Source: an uncultured Methanosarcinales archaeon (GTDB lineage: Archaea > Nanobdellota > Nanobdellia > Woesearchaeales > GW2011-AR9). From it: a stretch of 64,000 nucleotides of DNA. The position numbers and the translations under genes were made by a program. The notes beneath the pieces were generated by a model, which was not told the DNA's origin, made no database searches, and saw nothing but the letters and a program-made list of their open reading frames with translations. Positions 36,136 to 45,837 of the stretch are shown here, piece after piece (the first letter of the stretch is position 1; each line of letters opens with the position of its first letter). Location of the stretch: positions 10,491 to 74,490 of the forward strand of contig CAYHXT010000001.1 in the NCBI GenBank assembly GCA_964360675.1, written 5' to 3'.

Positions 36136-38432
36136 AATTTATCCCGGTATGTGAGCCGACGTTGAATGGAAATGAGCTTTCGTATATCATCGATGCGGTA
36201 AAATCAGGCTGGATATCTTCTTCAGGAAAATACCTTCAAGAGTTTGAAGACAAATTCAGCGCTTACTGCGGCGTGAAATATGGCATAAGCTGCGCTAATG
36301 GAACGCTAGCTATCCATCTTGCTTTATTAGCAGTGGGTATCAAGGAAGGTGATGAAGTTATTCTTCCGTCTTTTACCATGATTGGTTCCTGCAATCCGAT
36401 CGTGCAGATCGGAGCAAAGCCGGTATTCATAGATTCCGAATTGCAGACTTGGAATATAGACCCAGCGAAGATAGAAGAGAAAATCACCGCTAAAACCAAA
36501 GCCATAATGGTGGTTCATACCTATGGGCATCCGGTAGATATGGATGCGGTATCAGCTGTTGCCAGAAAACATAATCTGATAGTCATTGAAGACGCGGCCG
36601 AAGCGCATGGGGCTGAATACAAAAGCAGAAAAACCGGTTCTCTTGCAGATATTGCCGCTTTCAGTTTTTATGCTAATAAGATTATCACTTGTTTTCCCCC
36701 CTCCACAAAAATATTAATAGAACCCCCCAAGGGAAATAAGGGATCTAGTCGAATGAAAGATATTAAAGATTTAGAAGTTGGGGATAGTGTGCTTACTTAT
36801 GATATCGATACTTCTGCTAAGGAATATAAGAAAATAACGAGAACCTTTGAAAGAGAGTATCACGAGCAGATGGTTAACCTTTTTTTTTCAAATAATAATA
36901 AGTTATGTATGACTCCAAATCATCCGGTTTATGTTATTAATAAAGGCTGGGTGCCTGCAGAACTATTAAAGATTGGCGACGAGGTGATCCAATATAATTA
37001 TCGCGGACTTGCATACAAAGAAATGCATGCTGGCAAAACTTATGATTCTATCATGGGCAAGGAAGAAGCCGAAAAGAAGCGTAGAAACCATTCGCTGGCA
37101 ATAAAGCAAAGGCATAAGGACCCCAGATCCGGATATGCACGAATTGATAAGGTTTTAGTAGCTCTAAAAATCGGCAAAGCAAACAAAGGGAAAAAACGTT
37201 CTGAAGCTCAAAAAAAGAGATTACATAATTCTCAGTTATTGCGATGGGAAATGATGAGCCCAGATAAATACCAAGAATTCTGTAAAAAGATGAACCTAAT
37301 CAATTCCAATCCAGAAATTAGACTGAGAAAGAGTGCAGTTGCTAAAAAATTGGTCCAAGATCCGGAATATATTAAGCGTGTGAGTGCTGGTGTGAAAAAA
37401 GCTATGCAGAAAGAGTCTTATTGGAAAAATTATGCCAAGGGAATGAATTTTAAACCAAACAAACCGGAACAACTCCTCCTTACCTTTCTGGAGGCGCATT
37501 TCCCAGGAGAATTCGGATATAATGGCGACTATCGGTTAGGAGTAAGAATTGACAGGCTTATCCCAGACTTTGTACATATAAAAGGAAAAAAGAAAGTTAT
37601 AGACCTTCTCGGGAGTTATTGGCATACCAAAGATGAATTCTTTACACGGAGTAAAAGATATAAAAAATACGGCTATGATTGTCTTATTTTGTGGGAGCAA
37701 GAACTGAAAAATAAAGAAATGTTGAAGGAGAGAATTAAGACCTTTATTTATAACCCAAATATCAAGATTGTGAAAGTCGCAAAAATCACCACAAAAGAGT
37801 ATACTGGTAAAGTTTATAATCTAGAAACTGAAAAAAACCATAATTATTTTGCGCATGGCATTCTAGTTCATAACTGTGGAGAAGGGGGCATGGTCGTTAC
37901 CAATAATGAGCAGTGGGCAGAAAGAGCGCGAAAATTGCGAAACCATTTCTTTGGCGAGCCGCGATTTTTACATCAGGAAGTAGGATATAATTATCGGCTC
38001 ACTAATATGCAGGCAGCCATCGGATTGGCGCAGCTGGAAAAGATAGAATACTATGTTGATTCCAGAAGGAGAAATGCCCAATTGTACAATTCCTTGCTGA
38101 AAGATGTTCCCGGAATAATCCTGCCTCCAGAAGCATCCTGGGTCAAGAATGTGTATTGGATGTACGGCGTTTTATTAAATAATGATTTTCCATTGACCAT
38201 GCCGCAATTGAGAGAAGAGTTGCAGAAGAAAGGCGTTGAAACGAGAACTTTTTTTATAGGCATGCATAAACAGCCGGCATACAAAGAGCTGGGCGTTAAC
38301 GGCGAATTTCCTAATGCAGAATATCTAGGAGAGAATGGTTTTTATCTGCCGTCTTCCAGCCATTTGACTGAGGAACAGATTAGGTATATTACGGCGACCA
38401 TTAAGCAAATTTATGAGGAGCATAAAAAATGA
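36132..38432 (+). CDS. DegT/DnrJ/EryC1/StrS sugar aminotransferase (perosamine synthase-like), intein-containing
   Basis: NGT.A.HLAL, EDAAEAHG, FSFYANKIIT|intein|CGEGG, GYNYR.TN.QAAIG; spliced length 371 aa. Confidence 0.92.
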   Translation: MKFIPVCEPTLNGNELSYIIDAVKSGWISSSGKYLQEFEDKFSAYCGVKYGISCANGTLAIHLALLAVGIKEGDEVILPSFTMIGSCNPIVQIGAKPVFIDSELQTWNIDPAKIEEKITAKTKAIMVVHTYGHPVDMDAVSAVARKHNLIVIEDAAEAHGAEYKSRKTGSLADIAAFSFYANKIITCFPPSTKILIEPPKGNKGSSRMKDIKDLEVGDSVLTYDIDTSAKEYKKITRTFEREYHEQMVNLFFSNNNKLCMTPNHPVYVINKGWVPAELLKIGDEVIQYNYRGLAYKEMHAGKTYDSIMGKEEAEKKRRNHSLAIKQRHKDPRSGYARIDKVLVALKIGKANKGKKRSEAQKKRLHNSQLLRWEMMSPDKYQEFCKKMNLINSNPEIRLRKSAVAKKLVQDPEYIKRVSAGVKKAMQKESYWKNYAKGMNFKPNKPEQLLLTFLEAHFPGEFGYNGDYRLGVRIDRLIPDFVHIKGKKKVIDLLGSYWHTKDEFFTRSKRYKKYGYDCLILWEQELKNKEMLKERIKTFIYNPNIKIVKVAKITTKEYTGKVYNLETEKNHNYFAHGILVHNCGEGGMVVTNNEQWAERARKLRNHFFGEPRFLHQEVGYNYRLTNMQAAIGLAQLEKIEYYVDSRRRNAQLYNSLLKDVPGIILPPEASWVKNVYWMYGVLLNNDFPLTMPQLREELQKKGVETRTFFIGMHKQPAYKELGVNGEFPNAEYLGENGFYLPSSSHLTEEQIRYITATIKQIYEEHKK
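36690..37874 (+). mobile_element. Intein (395 aa) with Vsr/DUF559-like endonuclease
   Basis: Starts CFPPST, block B TPNHP, block F VYNLET, ends HN before extein Cys; internal PDF..IDL.GSYWH...GY..L.LWE nuclease motif. Confidence 0.92.
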
Positions 38433-39145
38433 AAATAAAAAGCGATGTTTCAGTGGTCCTCCCCTCGTATAATGAACGAGAAAATATTGTGGAAGCGATT
38501 GAACGGATTTCTGAAGCGGTCGGTTCTCGACTGAAAGAGATTGTCATTGTGGATGATAATAGTCCCGATGAGACCTGGAAAGTTGTTGAGGAATACGGGC
38601 ATCCTAAAGTACGGCTTATTCGGCGGATGGGGGAGAAAGGGTTGGCTTCGGCATTAGATGATGGAATACAAGCAGCAGAAGGGAGTATCGTTGTTTGGAT
38701 GGATTGTGATTTGGGGCTTTCTCCGGAAGAGATTCCTTCCTTAGTAAATCAATTAGATAACCATGATGTGGCGATAGCTTCACGATATGTTAAAGGGGGA
38801 AAAGATCCACGGCCATTTTTTAGAGTATCATTAAGTATAGCAATTAATGCTTTTTGTATCCTTTTATTGGGTTGGGGTGTGCGTGACTACACGTCTGGAT
38901 TTGCTGCGGTAAAGAAAGATGTTTTTGATAAGATATCCTTCTCTCGTTATGGTTTTGGGGAATATTTCATAGATTTTGCTTATAAGGCAAAAAAAAATAA
39001 ATTTAGGATCATTGAAGTCCCCTGTGCATACAATATTCGTCTAGGGGGCGTGTCCAAATCTGATGGAGATATTCGAACATTGTTGGGCTTAGGGAAGGAT
39101 TATGGTCTTAGGGCAATAAGATTAAGACTTGGACTGCAAAAATGA
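38429..39145 (+). CDS. GT2 polyprenol-phosphate glycosyltransferase (DPM1-like)
   Basis: PSYNERENI, VDDNSPDET, MDCD, SRY..GG, D.TSGF. Confidence 0.88.
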   Translation: MKIKSDVSVVLPSYNERENIVEAIERISEAVGSRLKEIVIVDDNSPDETWKVVEEYGHPKVRLIRRMGEKGLASALDDGIQAAEGSIVVWMDCDLGLSPEEIPSLVNQLDNHDVAIASRYVKGGKDPRPFFRVSLSIAINAFCILLLGWGVRDYTSGFAAVKKDVFDKISFSRYGFGEYFIDFAYKAKKNKFRIIEVPCAYNIRLGGVSKSDGDIRTLLGLGKDYGLRAIRLRLGLQK

Positions 39146-39525
39146 ATCTTAGCTCGGAGTTAAAGAAAGATTTATTCCGCTATGTCAAATTTTTATTCGG
39201 CGGCGGGTTAAGCCTGCTGTTGAATCTGCTTATAACTTACTCGCTGACGGAATTCCTGCAGTTATGGCATATGCTTTCATTCGGCATCGCGTTAGGATGC
39301 GAAATCCTGTTTCTTTTTGTATATCATTCTTATGTCACTTTCAGGAAGGATGGCAAATTTTTGGTTTTTGCTTTAGTGGTCTTGTTTATAAGCGGCCTGA
39401 ACTGGATGTTTGTATATCTGCTGACGGAATTACTGGGTGTTCCTTATTTATATGCGATTGTAGTTTCTGCTGCGGCGATCTCTGTGCTGAACTATGGATT
39501 AAATAAGAAGATCGTGTTCAAATGA
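39142..39525 (+). CDS. GtrA family 4-TM flippase
   Basis: 127 aa, 4 TM helices, NY.LNK..VF C-terminus, follows DPM1-like gene. Confidence 0.85.
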   Translation: MNLSSELKKDLFRYVKFLFGGGLSLLLNLLITYSLTEFLQLWHMLSFGIALGCEILFLFVYHSYVTFRKDGKFLVFALVVLFISGLNWMFVYLLTELLGVPYLYAIVVSAAAISVLNYGLNKKIVFK

Positions 39526-39569
39526 ATTTTTAGGAAATCTTTTTAAACGGGGCGTGTTTTGCAAAATAT

Positions 39570-40400
39570 ATGTTAGAAGTTACATTACTAAAAATAGCAC
39601 ACGGTACAGCAGAAGATGCTAAAAAAATGTTTCCTTATTTGAGGGATTGCCATGTGTATTCGCAGGAAAATGCATTAGCCTCAGAGGAAAGGGCAGTACT
39701 TTGTGAGAATGAACACGAGGATGATCTTTCCTCGAATGAAAAAAAAGAAAACTTCTTTAAAGAAGTGAATAAACTTCTCAAATATAGAACATCAAATCTT
39801 GAGCATATTTATGAGCATTTTGATATTGAAGAAACGAGATTTCTTTTCGATAAAAATATCCCTTTGTGGCATCTGGAACGATTTACTACAGAAAAAGCTA
39901 AAGCACTTAAAGTAAGATTAAATAAAATTGAAGACAAAATGAATGAGGCATTTACAAACCTACTCAATGGTAAAATTGATTTATATCTAAAAGATGTAGC
40001 CTTTTATTTTAATGGCATGAGCGAGATTACTATAGCTAGAGACCAGGAAATTGCTAGAAATATTGTAGAAGCTGAAGATCGTATTCGACAGAGATATCCT
40101 TTGCTTAGAAATGTCGACCCTTTAAGATTAATGGGAAGCATAGGTCACCTACACACACCGGAAGAAGTTACTTCGAGAGTTAAAGTAATTCTTATTGAGA
40201 ATTACGATCATGATTTATTCTGTTCTCTCATGTCTAATTACATACGTTCTAAAAAGACAGAGGAGACATTTACGGATGAGCCTGCTCTTCTTAGGTTTGG
40301 ATTATATGGTCTTGATTGTACAAAAGAATATATTGAAAAGCTGAGTGATCAGAAGCTTTTCGAAGCCCTTTATAATGTAGTAGCTTCTGGAAGAAGATAA
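39570..40400 (+). CDS. Hypothetical protein
   Basis: 276-aa ORF with own TTTTTAAA box; H near N-terminus, RD..IA and IG.LH motifs loosely recall TraB/GumN-like proteins. Confidence 0.55.
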   Translation: MLEVTLLKIAHGTAEDAKKMFPYLRDCHVYSQENALASEERAVLCENEHEDDLSSNEKKENFFKEVNKLLKYRTSNLEHIYEHFDIEETRFLFDKNIPLWHLERFTTEKAKALKVRLNKIEDKMNEAFTNLLNGKIDLYLKDVAFYFNGMSEITIARDQEIARNIVEAEDRIRQRYPLLRNVDPLRLMGSIGHLHTPEEVTSRVKVILIENYDHDLFCSLMSNYIRSKKTEETFTDEPALLRFGLYGLDCTKEYIEKLSDQKLFEALYNVVASGRR

Positions 40401-40453
40401 TACTGACTGCTCTTTAACAATCTTTTTAAATGGGAATTGTCTCTGAAAAAACC

Positions 40454-42673
40454 ATGTCCGAAGTTCCTCAGACTTATACCACCAGAACTACCTGCAGGGT
40501 ATGCTATTCTCCCAAATTGGTTCCTCTTTTTTCTTTAGGGATGCAGTATATCAACAATTTCATCAATAAAGAAGATTTGCATAAGTGCGGGAGAGCTCCT
40601 CTGGAGATGGTCTTGTGCGAAAATTGCACTTTAGTGCAGCTGCGGCATACCGCCCCTCAGGAATTGCTGTATGCACGCTTCTACTGGTATAAGTCCGGAA
40701 TCACCGATACCATGAAGAAAGCTCTGCGGGACATTACCGAAAAAACAGAGAAAATGTTTAATCTTAAGGCCGGCGATGTAGTGCTGGACATAGGCTCCAA
40801 TGACGGAACTCTGTTGCGTTCTTTTCAGGTTCCCGGCTTAGTTACCGTAGGCGTTGAACCCGCAAACAATCTGGCAGAGGAAGGGAGCAAGGGCATAACT
40901 CATTTCATCCACGATTTCTGGACGTTAGACAGTTATTGGAAGACAGTGGGAAGGAAAGCGAAAGTGGTGACTGCCATCGGCATGTTTTATGATATGGAAG
41001 ATCCTAATCAGTTTGTCGCTGATGCTGCGAATGCCTTGACTGATGATGGTGTTTTTATTGCGCAGTTGATGTGCTTAAAGAATATGCTGGACAGCAATGA
41101 TGTCGGAAATATCTGCCATGAGCATCTGGAATATTATTCTTTCAAGTCGCTGGAATATTTATTCAACAAGAATGGATTGGAAATAATTGATGTTGAAATC
41201 AACTATGTAAATGGCGGGAGCTACCGCATTTACGGCAGGAAGATTGGTGCGCATACGCGGCCGGCGGAAGGGGCAGCAGAAAGGATACAGAAAGTAAGAG
41301 ATTCCGAAAAAGGATTTGAGCGGAAAGAAGTGTATTTAGATTTCTTCAACCGCCTTGAAGAGAACAAGAAAAGGTGTGTTGATTTTATCAAGCAAGAAAC
41401 CGCTAAAGGCAAGAAAGTATGGGTATATGGTGCTTCTACCAAAGGCAATGTAATATTACAATATTATGGTTTGGGTCCTGAATTGATCCAAGGCGCTTCT
41501 GAAAGAAGCTCATTCAAGTGGGGGAAATATACCGTCGGTTCGATGATCCCTATTTATTCAGAAGAAGAGGCGCGAAAAGCGCAGCCGGATTATTTTTTAG
41601 TCCTTCCCTATGCATTCTTTAATGAATTTTACGATAGAGAAGAAGAGTGGCGAAAGAAAGGCGGGAAATTTATTGTGCCGCTGCCAGAGTTCAGGATAGC
41701 TCCTGCGAAAAAAGGGCTGGTGCTTGGAATTACCGGACAAGACGGCTCGTATTTGGCTGAAGTATTGCTTTCTAAAGGTTACGAAGTTCATGGATTTATC
41801 CGGCGTTCCGCTACCGGCAATACCAAGAATATCGATCATTTGATGGATAAAATTACTTTGCATAGGGGCGATTTGGCTGATGCGACTTCCCTGTATAGAG
41901 TCATAGCCAAAGTCATGCCTGATGAGATTTACAACGAAGCGGATCAGGATCATGTCAGCTGGAGTTATGACGGCGTAGGATACAGCTGCGATATTACTGG
42001 GGCGGCAGTCGGCAGAATTTTAGAGACTATCAAGCAGATTAATCCTAAGATAAAATATTTCCAGCCGGTTTCTTCTAACATGTTTGGCAAGGCAGACAAT
42101 CCGCAGACGGAAGAAACTTATCTGCGTCCGCAAAGCCCCTATGCCTGCGCCAAAGCATTCGCTTATTTACTTTGCAGATATTATCGCGATGTCTTTGGCA
42201 TGCATGTATCTACAGGAATCTTTTACAATCATGAATCTCCGCGAAGGACGGAGGAATATGTTACTCGTAAGATAACCATGGGCGCCGCCAGAATTAAATT
42301 GGGGCTGCAGCAGAAATTATCTCTCGGCAATCTTGATCTGAAGATCGATTTTGGCTATGCGCGGGAATACATGGAAGCGGCGTGGAGCATCATGCAATTG
42401 GATAAGCCGGACGATTTTATCATCTGTACTGAAGAATTACATTCGGTCAAAGAATGGCTGGAAGAGGCGTTTAATGCATTAGGATTGAAAGCTTCTGATT
42501 ATGTAGAGTTTGATCCAAGGTTTGCCAGGCCTTCCACTACTTCGCCTTTGTTGGGAAGCAATTTCAAGGCGCGGGAGAAGTTCGGATTTGATCCAAAGGT
42601 TAGATTTAAAGAATTAGTGAAATTGATGGTAGAGCATGATCTGAAGCTGGTGGGAGAAGAGAGGAAGAAGTGA
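40454..42673 (+). CDS. Fusion: NDP-hexose C-methyltransferase + GDP-mannose 4,6-dehydratase-like SDR
   Basis: CRVC..CENC Zn site, DIGSNDG, CHEH..YY, YGASTKGN; then GITGQDGSYLA, YACAK, NHESPRR; TATA box at 40423-40430 favours ATG 40454. Confidence 0.88.
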   Translation: MSEVPQTYTTRTTCRVCYSPKLVPLFSLGMQYINNFINKEDLHKCGRAPLEMVLCENCTLVQLRHTAPQELLYARFYWYKSGITDTMKKALRDITEKTEKMFNLKAGDVVLDIGSNDGTLLRSFQVPGLVTVGVEPANNLAEEGSKGITHFIHDFWTLDSYWKTVGRKAKVVTAIGMFYDMEDPNQFVADAANALTDDGVFIAQLMCLKNMLDSNDVGNICHEHLEYYSFKSLEYLFNKNGLEIIDVEINYVNGGSYRIYGRKIGAHTRPAEGAAERIQKVRDSEKGFERKEVYLDFFNRLEENKKRCVDFIKQETAKGKKVWVYGASTKGNVILQYYGLGPELIQGASERSSFKWGKYTVGSMIPIYSEEEARKAQPDYFLVLPYAFFNEFYDREEEWRKKGGKFIVPLPEFRIAPAKKGLVLGITGQDGSYLAEVLLSKGYEVHGFIRRSATGNTKNIDHLMDKITLHRGDLADATSLYRVIAKVMPDEIYNEADQDHVSWSYDGVGYSCDITGAAVGRILETIKQINPKIKYFQPVSSNMFGKADNPQTEETYLRPQSPYACAKAFAYLLCRYYRDVFGMHVSTGIFYNHESPRRTEEYVTRKITMGAARIKLGLQQKLSLGNLDLKIDFGYAREYMEAAWSIMQLDKPDDFIICTEELHSVKEWLEEAFNALGLKASDYVEFDPRFARPSTTSPLLGSNFKAREKFGFDPKVRFKELVKLMVEHDLKLVGEERKK

Positions 42674-42674
42674 C

Positions 42675-43274
42675 TTATAATGTATTCTCTTTTTCTAACC
42701 AAATTTTAAACTCTTTTGCATTCGTAAAATGAAATGATTTTATCCCTAAGCTTTCAGCGGCGTTTACATTTTCTATCCTGTCGTCAACAAAGATGATATC
42801 TTTAGCGTTCAGATCCGTTTTTTGGAAAAGGTAATTGTATATTTTTGGGTCGGGTTTGGCTAAGCCTATCTCTGAAGAAGATAGTATCATTTCAAAATAT
42901 TTTTTTAAATTAAACTTATTTATTCTGTATTCAATCCATTCTTTTACATCGTTGGTCAAAGCGAAAAGCTGAAAATGATTTTTCAATCCTGCTAAAATAG
43001 TAAGCATTTCTTGATTAATAACATCGGAATCTCTAATAATGTCCTTTATCTCCTGTAGTGAGATGGGCAGTTGGTGTGTTGAAATCAGCTCCCCGAAGAA
43101 CCCATCTTCCGATATTTTACCGATAATTATTTGTTCCCTTCGTTCAAACCAAAACTCCTGTAATTTAGATGGTTCAATTCCTATCTGCCTGGCTAATTTT
43201 TCCCTGCCTTCATACGAAGCGGCATTCGATGAAAAGATTACTCCTCCTAAATCAAATACGATGGCTTTGAGCAT
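42675..43274 (-). CDS. HAD-IA family phosphatase
   Basis: FDLGGV, LTN, KPDP.IY, FVDD..ENV. Confidence 0.88.
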   Translation of the reverse strand: MLKAIVFDLGGVIFSSNAASYEGREKLARQIGIEPSKLQEFWFERREQIIIGKISEDGFFGELISTHQLPISLQEIKDIIRDSDVINQEMLTILAGLKNHFQLFALTNDVKEWIEYRINKFNLKKYFEMILSSSEIGLAKPDPKIYNYLFQKTDLNAKDIIFVDDRIENVNAAESLGIKSFHFTNAKEFKIWLEKENTL

Positions 43275-43275
43275 T

Positions 43276-43851
43276 TTACCTTCTCTTGAAAGGTTCTAAT
43301 CCTAACTCGGATACAACTTTATCCGGTGAATCTGAGAAATTGAATGAATAGGGTTCTAATTTAACTCCATATTCGCAAAATAACCCTTTTAATAGTAAGC
43401 TTCTTTTATATCGTAATTCTAAATCTGTCGTTCTCAAACCATCATCTTCTACTTGTAAATTAAAATTTAGGGGTAAGTAAATAATCTTATCATAATATTT
43501 TTCTTCAACCATTCTACGCATGGAATCTCTTACTCTCTGATGTTGTCCGGGAGTCGCTCCCTGCCACATATTAGCGAACCATCTTGCTCCATAATCCAAA
43601 AAACATTTATCTGCAATATAACTCTCCCGTTGCGTATGTTCTTTTATTGCCCTATCTAGGGATACAAAAAACCAATCTATCATTCCGGCATCTCCTTTTA
43701 CTTTATGCAATTCGCGACCGCTTTTGAAGCCTAATTCTGCGATAACCACTTCTTCAATCTCTGGAATATATTCTAAGGTCGTGTGATTGGCTAGAAACCT
43801 TCCGAGAGTAGATTTCCCTGTTCCCTGTACACCGCTGATTACAACTCTCAT
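43276..43851 (-). CDS. P-loop kinase (AAA_28/NadR-like)
   Basis: GVQGTGKST, IADK..LD, EDDG.R. Confidence 0.72.
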   Translation of the reverse strand: MRVVISGVQGTGKSTLGRFLANHTTLEYIPEIEEVVIAELGFKSGRELHKVKGDAGMIDWFFVSLDRAIKEHTQRESYIADKCFLDYGARWFANMWQGATPGQHQRVRDSMRRMVEEKYYDKIIYLPLNFNLQVEDDGLRTTDLELRYKRSLLLKGLFCEYGVKLEPYSFNFSDSPDKVVSELGLEPFKRR

Positions 43852-43944
43852 GTAACTTACTTCATTGAATATTTTATAAAGATTATGTTATATTGTTCAA
43901 ATTAACAGTAAAGCTTATTAATATTCTAACAACTTTTTACAAAA

Positions 43945-44409
43945 ATGACCTCACCATTAATCCCAGAAAAATTGTATTCTCAAATCCGCGAACACATGCC
44001 CATTCCTTGCCTGGATTTAGTGCTTTTCCATAAGGGAAAAGTGCTTCTTACTCAGAGAACCCAGGAGCCGGCAAAAGGCCAATGGTGGGTGCAGGGCGGA
44101 AGGATTTTCAAGCACGAGACCTTTGAACAAGCTTTACAACGGTTAGCAAAAAGAGAGATAGGTTCAGAAATAAAAATTATTCGACAGATAGGGGCTTATG
44201 AATTTCATTCTGATAGTGCAAACTTCGATGTAAAAACTGGCACCCATGATGTTGCAGTAGTATTTTTAGCCGCACCGATAAATGATGATTTTGAAATTTC
44301 GTTAGACGAGACCCATTCTAAGCTTAAATGGGTTGGGGACATTGATTCTGATCTGCATCCTTATGTTAAAAGGGTTGTTAACGATTCTGGCGTCTTTAGG
44401 AAGGTATGA
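43945..44409 (+). CDS. NUDIX hydrolase, GDP-mannose mannosyl hydrolase-like
   Basis: R..EPAKG.WW..GGRI.K.ET......R....E.G, TH, LHPYV. Confidence 0.78.
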   Translation: MTSPLIPEKLYSQIREHMPIPCLDLVLFHKGKVLLTQRTQEPAKGQWWVQGGRIFKHETFEQALQRLAKREIGSEIKIIRQIGAYEFHSDSANFDVKTGTHDVAVVFLAAPINDDFEISLDETHSKLKWVGDIDSDLHPYVKRVVNDSGVFRKV

Positions 44410-45097
44410 ATCTTTGGCATGCTTCAAGATATTTTTCCATAGTATCAAGAGGAAACCAGGGCTTTTCATGTATGAAACCGAAGACCTTTCCCATCTGCAC
44501 ATAATTTTCAAAACAAGCAGTGCTCAAAGATGATTTCCCTTCAGGGATAATTTTTAAACATTTTGGGTCAACGATATACGCCCCGATATCTACTATTTTT
44601 GAAGGAGCTTCTTCTCGTGTTGGTTTATTTACAAATTTTATTATCTTATTTCCCTCTAAAACTGTTGAGCCAAAATTTTCTACATCTTCCCTATATGTTA
44701 AGGCCATGACTACTTCAGCTTTCTCCTTTACAAACAACTCATACATCTTAGTCCAATTCAAATCCATTAAACTATCCCCATATATTAAAAAAAATGGTTT
44801 TGTTAGATTTTTAGCAGCCTTCTTGACCGCCCCTCCTGTTCCTAAAGGATAATCTTCTGTTGAATAAGTAATTTTCATGCCTAAATGAGACCCATCTTTA
44901 AAATAATTCTGGATGGTTTCTCCTTTATAATTGATAGAGATAATTAAATTTTCAATATTATGTTTTCGAAGATTTTCAACAATGTAATGAAGAGCTGGTT
45001 TTCCCTTTACGGGGACCATTGGCTTTGGAACATTATCCGTGAGCGGTCTCAGTCTGGTTCCTAATCCACCAGCTACAATAATTGCCGTGTCTATCAT
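44396..45097 (-). CDS. Sugar-1-phosphate nucleotidyltransferase (paralogue of N-domain of 30312)
   Basis: AGGLGTRLRPLT..PKP, PLGTGGAVKKA, REDVENFG. Confidence 0.88.
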   Translation of the reverse strand: MIDTAIIVAGGLGTRLRPLTDNVPKPMVPVKGKPALHYIVENLRKHNIENLIISINYKGETIQNYFKDGSHLGMKITYSTEDYPLGTGGAVKKAAKNLTKPFFLIYGDSLMDLNWTKMYELFVKEKAEVVMALTYREDVENFGSTVLEGNKIIKFVNKPTREEAPSKIVDIGAYIVDPKCLKIIPEGKSSLSTACFENYVQMGKVFGFIHEKPWFPLDTMEKYLEACQRFIPS

Positions 45098-45825
45098 TTC
45101 CTCCCAACCGCCAATATGTTTATTCCTACTGGATATGAAATATATCGCAATAATCTCAATTCAGTCAAGTACATCTTCTTCAATATGGAATTCAACATAG
45201 GATTGATAGTCTCTTCCACTTCTGATTTGGGCGGAGCAGAACTAAGTTTCTCTAATTTTCTTTTGAGATAAACTGGTAAAAATAGTGCAAAGTTATAATA
45301 TTGCATCCGTTCAATTCTTAATCCTGCCTGCTGCATCTTCATTGTTAAGTCTTTTTTAGTATAACGTCTTATGCCATGAAATGCAAGATCGTGTTTTCCG
45401 TACAGCGAAGGCATGGCGCAATCCATGGACAATAATCTTCCTCCAGGTTTAAGTATCCTTTTGATCTCTTTCATAGCCATAAGGTCGTCTTTCACACCTT
45501 CATGATAAAAAACTCCTAAACAGGTTATGATATCAAAAGAATCATCTGGGAAGGGCATCTTAGCGACATCTCCTTTAGTGATGGAAAATCCTCTTTTCTT
45601 GCAGAAATCTATTGCGTCGTCAGATAAATCCATACCTTCTGCTTTTCCGAATTCCTGCAGAATCTGTAAAGTAATGCCAGTACCGCATCCAATGTCTAAC
45701 AAATGCAGGTCTTTCTGTCCAGGATAATGTTTCTGTAAAAATTCCCGCACTAAGAACTGCTGACCTACAAACCACCAATAGTTCTCTTCGACTTTAAAAG
45801 AAGTTTCGTATTCTTTAGTATCCAT
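45094..45825 (-). CDS. Class I SAM-dependent methyltransferase
   Basis: E..YWWF, LDIGCGTG, HD...H..RRYT. Confidence 0.86.
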   Translation of the reverse strand: MDTKEYETSFKVEENYWWFVGQQFLVREFLQKHYPGQKDLHLLDIGCGTGITLQILQEFGKAEGMDLSDDAIDFCKKRGFSITKGDVAKMPFPDDSFDIITCLGVFYHEGVKDDLMAMKEIKRILKPGGRLLSMDCAMPSLYGKHDLAFHGIRRYTKKDLTMKMQQAGLRIERMQYYNFALFLPVYLKRKLEKLSSAPPKSEVEETINPMLNSILKKMYLTELRLLRYISYPVGINILAVGRK

Positions 45826-45837
45826 GGAGAATGAGCA

